Part shown: positions 61,873 to 64,000 of the stretch, piece after piece | How the letters are laid out: every line of letters begins with the position of its first letter | Numbering within the stretch: position 1 is the first letter of the stretch | Virus record (IMG/VR): IMGVR_UViG_3300033070_001288 | Coordinates: 4,841-68,840 of that record | DNA from: a virus | Taxonomy: Duplodnaviria > Caudoviricetes | Length of the DNA: 64,000 nucleotides | Strand: one strand, 5' to 3' | Program-made: the position numbers and the translations under genes | The notes under the pieces: generated by a model | Told to the model about the DNA's origin: nothing | Databases searched by the model: none | Seen by the model: only the letters and a program-made list of their open reading frames with translations

Positions 61873-64000
61873 CTAGGAGTCTTCTAGCTCCCTCATCGTA
61901 GACTTGGTGCGGCTCGACTTGGCAGACGAGCCCTCGCGCCTCTTCTCGGGGGGGGCGTCGAAGATGAGGCCGAGCTTGAGCGCGTTGTCGTAGTTCACGT
62001 TCATCTTCGTGTTCGTGCGCGTGCCCCGAGCCAGCTGCTCCTTGATCTCGGCGCGGCGCACCTCGAACATGATGCTCGCGTTGTGCTTTACTCGCCTCAT
62101 GTAGGCGTCGAGGTCGAGGCCCCAGCCCAGTTCGCTGTTGCCCCACTCGATTCCTGCCGCGATTGCATCGACCTGCATGTCGTGGCGGGGAGCCTTCTTG
62201 AGGGCGGCGAGCGATCCGCCGATCTCGGAGTCCATCTCGAACCCTACCTTGAGGTCGACGCCGAACGTCTTCATCATCCAGCGGTGCACGAGGGTCGTGT
62301 AGCCGTGGAACGCAAGGTACTCTACGAGCGGGATGTTAACGATGTCGCACTCGCACTCGGTCGAGTTGTGACACACGATTCCGTTCGCTACGTATGCTGG
62401 TTCGCCTCCCAAGGCTATGGATAAGTCGTACACAGGCTTCTCACCCGTCTTCTGTATGCGTACTACGGGTGTATATGCGTAAGGTAGTTGCATCAGAGCA
62501 ACGAGGCGCGACCAGGTACTCTCGCTGATGACTTTAAGCTCGCGTAGGAAGTGAGCTCCTTTAGGTGTAGTTAGTGCTCGTGCGTCTATATACTTATCTC
62601 GCATTCTATTAGCGTGTATGGCGCACTTTACGCGCACTCCTTCGTCGTTAAGGTAGTAACCTTTTCCGAGCCGTCTTGAACGAATCACGTCCTGAACGAA
62701 CGACAGGGGCAGCTTTTGGCTAGACCCCCCGTGTTTTATTTCACGGTACTTAGACACGAAGTACGCTCTTGCGGCATCGAAGAAATCTCTGCTCGCCGCG
62801 GTATTTAGCGTTACGTGGTACGCTATACGCTTCTCCCCTCTTTCGTTACAGTAGCCTTTTCCCGCTCCGGATGATTTCCGCCAAGTACGCGCAGCCAAGA
62901 AGCCGTTGTGTATAAACAGCTGCTGCATCTGCAGCGACAGGCTCCTCGAAGTCGTGGCTATCGTTAATCCGTAGCGGCCTACAGTACCGTCGCCTTCTAC
63001 GTATGCAGCCATAAATGCAAGCTGGCTTTCACAGTCTGCACGTAAGATAGACCAAGGTATCTGCTTGTAGTAGGAAGGCGTTTTGCCGCGTAACGTCTTG
63101 CCACCTACAACTCCTATCTGCGCTAGATAATTAAGCACAGACTTACTAGCCAGTACTAGCACGTACTGCTTATTTCCCGTACGTGCAGTCGCGCGTCTAT
63201 TCAACAAGAGCTTAGGCTCCACGCCGAAGACGTGTACGAAGTAGTCGCGTGCTCGCTCTAGCAGAGCATAATTCGTATTGGGTATGCATAGTAGGCGCTC
63301 GCGCAACGTTCCTTCTGATATGAGCAACCCCAAGATAAACGCCAGTTCCGGCGACATGGTGTTGGGAATGCGAACGTCTTTTAGACTTGAAGCTATCCAC
63401 CTCTCTGTACGGGGCCGCGCGTCGGTACACCCGTTGGGTACCCAGGATGGCGGTGCGTACTTGGTAATGCCTAGAGACAGTTTTGCGATATTAGTATTGC
63501 GCCGAAGGGGTATACACAAGAGATCGTTTTTTCGAACTTCGCCCATCTTTATCCAGGTATGATCACCCTCTCGCATAATTAAGATTTCGTGGTTATCTGT
63601 ACCTTCTACGATAGTACCCGCTGCGGTAACCAATCGACGCACGGGTCTTACACCCCTATTTATCCACTTAGAAGTTCTTTCTATTCCGTAGCGACTGTGA
63701 ACATCTATCGTAAGTTGCTTCGTTCTGCCAGACGACAGTTCGTCTATACGATAGAGGCCTCTTGCCGTACTTATCAAAGTATCGCCTACCACGCAGTCGT
63801 GCACCGCGTTGCACTGCAGGTACCCGAGATCGACGCCGCGGCTCTCGTACAGGTTCCAGATGAGGCGGCGCGTGAAGTAGCCGCCCTCGTACCCGACGTT
63901 CGACGACGGGCCCTGCACGATAGAGTTACCCGTAACGTGAACGATTCCTTTTCGTCTACACACGAAAGTTCTGTTATCTACAGTTGGGCAGTATACCATG
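61873..64000 (-). CDS. polA: family A DNA polymerase, C-terminal part with two inteins (5'-truncated)
   Basis: After removing inteins it reads N|SIVQGPSS (cf. NxPIQGxAAD) and AVHD|S (motif C), with C-terminal ..KVGFEMDSEIG. Confidence 0.8.
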   Translation of the reverse strand, partial: MVYCPTVDNRTFVCRRKGIVHVTGNSIVQGPSSNVGYEGGYFTRRLIWNLYESRGVDLGYLQCNAVHDCVVGDTLISTARGLYRIDELSSGRTKQLTIDVHSRYGIERTSKWINRGVRPVRRLVTAAGTIVEGTDNHEILIMREGDHTWIKMGEVRKNDLLCIPLRRNTNIAKLSLGITKYAPPSWVPNGCTDARPRTERWIASSLKDVRIPNTMSPELAFILGLLISEGTLRERLLCIPNTNYALLERARDYFVHVFGVEPKLLLNRRATARTGNKQYVLVLASKSVLNYLAQIGVVGGKTLRGKTPSYYKQIPWSILRADCESQLAFMAAYVEGDGTVGRYGLTIATTSRSLSLQMQQLFIHNGFLAARTWRKSSGAGKGYCNERGEKRIAYHVTLNTAASRDFFDAARAYFVSKYREIKHGGSSQKLPLSFVQDVIRSRRLGKGYYLNDEGVRVKCAIHANRMRDKYIDARALTTPKGAHFLRELKVISESTWSRLVALMQLPYAYTPVVRIQKTGEKPVYDLSIALGGEPAYVANGIVCHNSTECECDIVNIPLVEYLAFHGYTTLVHRWMMKTFGVDLKVGFEMDSEIGGSLAALKKAPRHDMQVDAIAAGIEWGNSELGWGLDLDAYMRRVKHNASIMFEVRRAEIKEQLARGTRTNTKMNVNYDNALKLGLIFDAPPEKRREGSSAKSSRTKSTMRELEDS
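62365..63795 (-). mobile_element. intein (477 aa, LAGLIDADG) in polymerase motif C at VHD|STE
   Basis: Starts CVVGDTLI; GTDNH block B; FILGLLISEG and FMAAYVEGDG; ends VYDLSI..IVCHN with Ser+1. Confidence 0.92.
63925..64000 (-). mobile_element. C-terminal end of a second polymerase intein (continues beyond window)
   Basis: VYCPTVDNRTFVCRRKGIVHVTGN|S: blocks F/G with penultimate Gly. Confidence 0.8.

Noticed and set aside
1-64000. tRNA, rRNA, integrase or IS elements
   Set aside because: No cloverleaf/T-loop signatures, rRNA-like tracts, transposase motifs or terminal inverted repeats were recognised by eye; a tRNAscan/Infernal run would be needed to exclude them formally.

Overview
64 kb of a large lytic myovirus-type (contractile-tail, probably jumbo) phage genome. 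Background is GC-rich. The host is probably alphaproteobacterial (Hyphomicrobiales-like), inferred from the host-type NrdJ, the holin and accessory genes. The + strand (1-19036) carries the C-terminus of a SNF2-like helicase, an HD hydrolase, a probable portal, a prohead protease, a holin-like gene, topoisomerase IB and a class II ribonucleotide reductase. A short - strand block (19123-21548) includes a RuvC-like resolvase. A long + strand morphogenesis block (21687-57598) covers scaffold, decoration protein, major capsid, sheath, two tube-like proteins, chaperones, two tape-measure-like proteins carrying cell-wall enzymes, a T4-like baseplate, fibres and an endolysin. A - strand early/replication block (57684-64000) ends in a family A DNA polymerase. 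The window is dense in selfish elements: five inteins, six intact free-standing homing endonucleases and one relic. Top signals: (1) nrdJ is fractured by a naturally split intein at APTG|TIG (Thr+1), with a Vsr-like endonuclease between the halves and two more cis inteins in the N-half. (2) That endonuclease's RBS is locked in a perfect 17-bp hairpin whose loop holds a recurrent motif CC(A/T)ATTT(A/G), a candidate phage late promoter. (3) Two GIY-YIG endonucleases appear to have captured the first 10-11 codons of baseplate genes and supplied a recoded replacement start. (4) A Tlde1/DUF2778-like L,D-peptidase domain sits in a tape-measure-like protein. (5) A candidate +1 frameshift lies in the tail chaperone pair. 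All calls are by-eye motif recognition; no searches were run.
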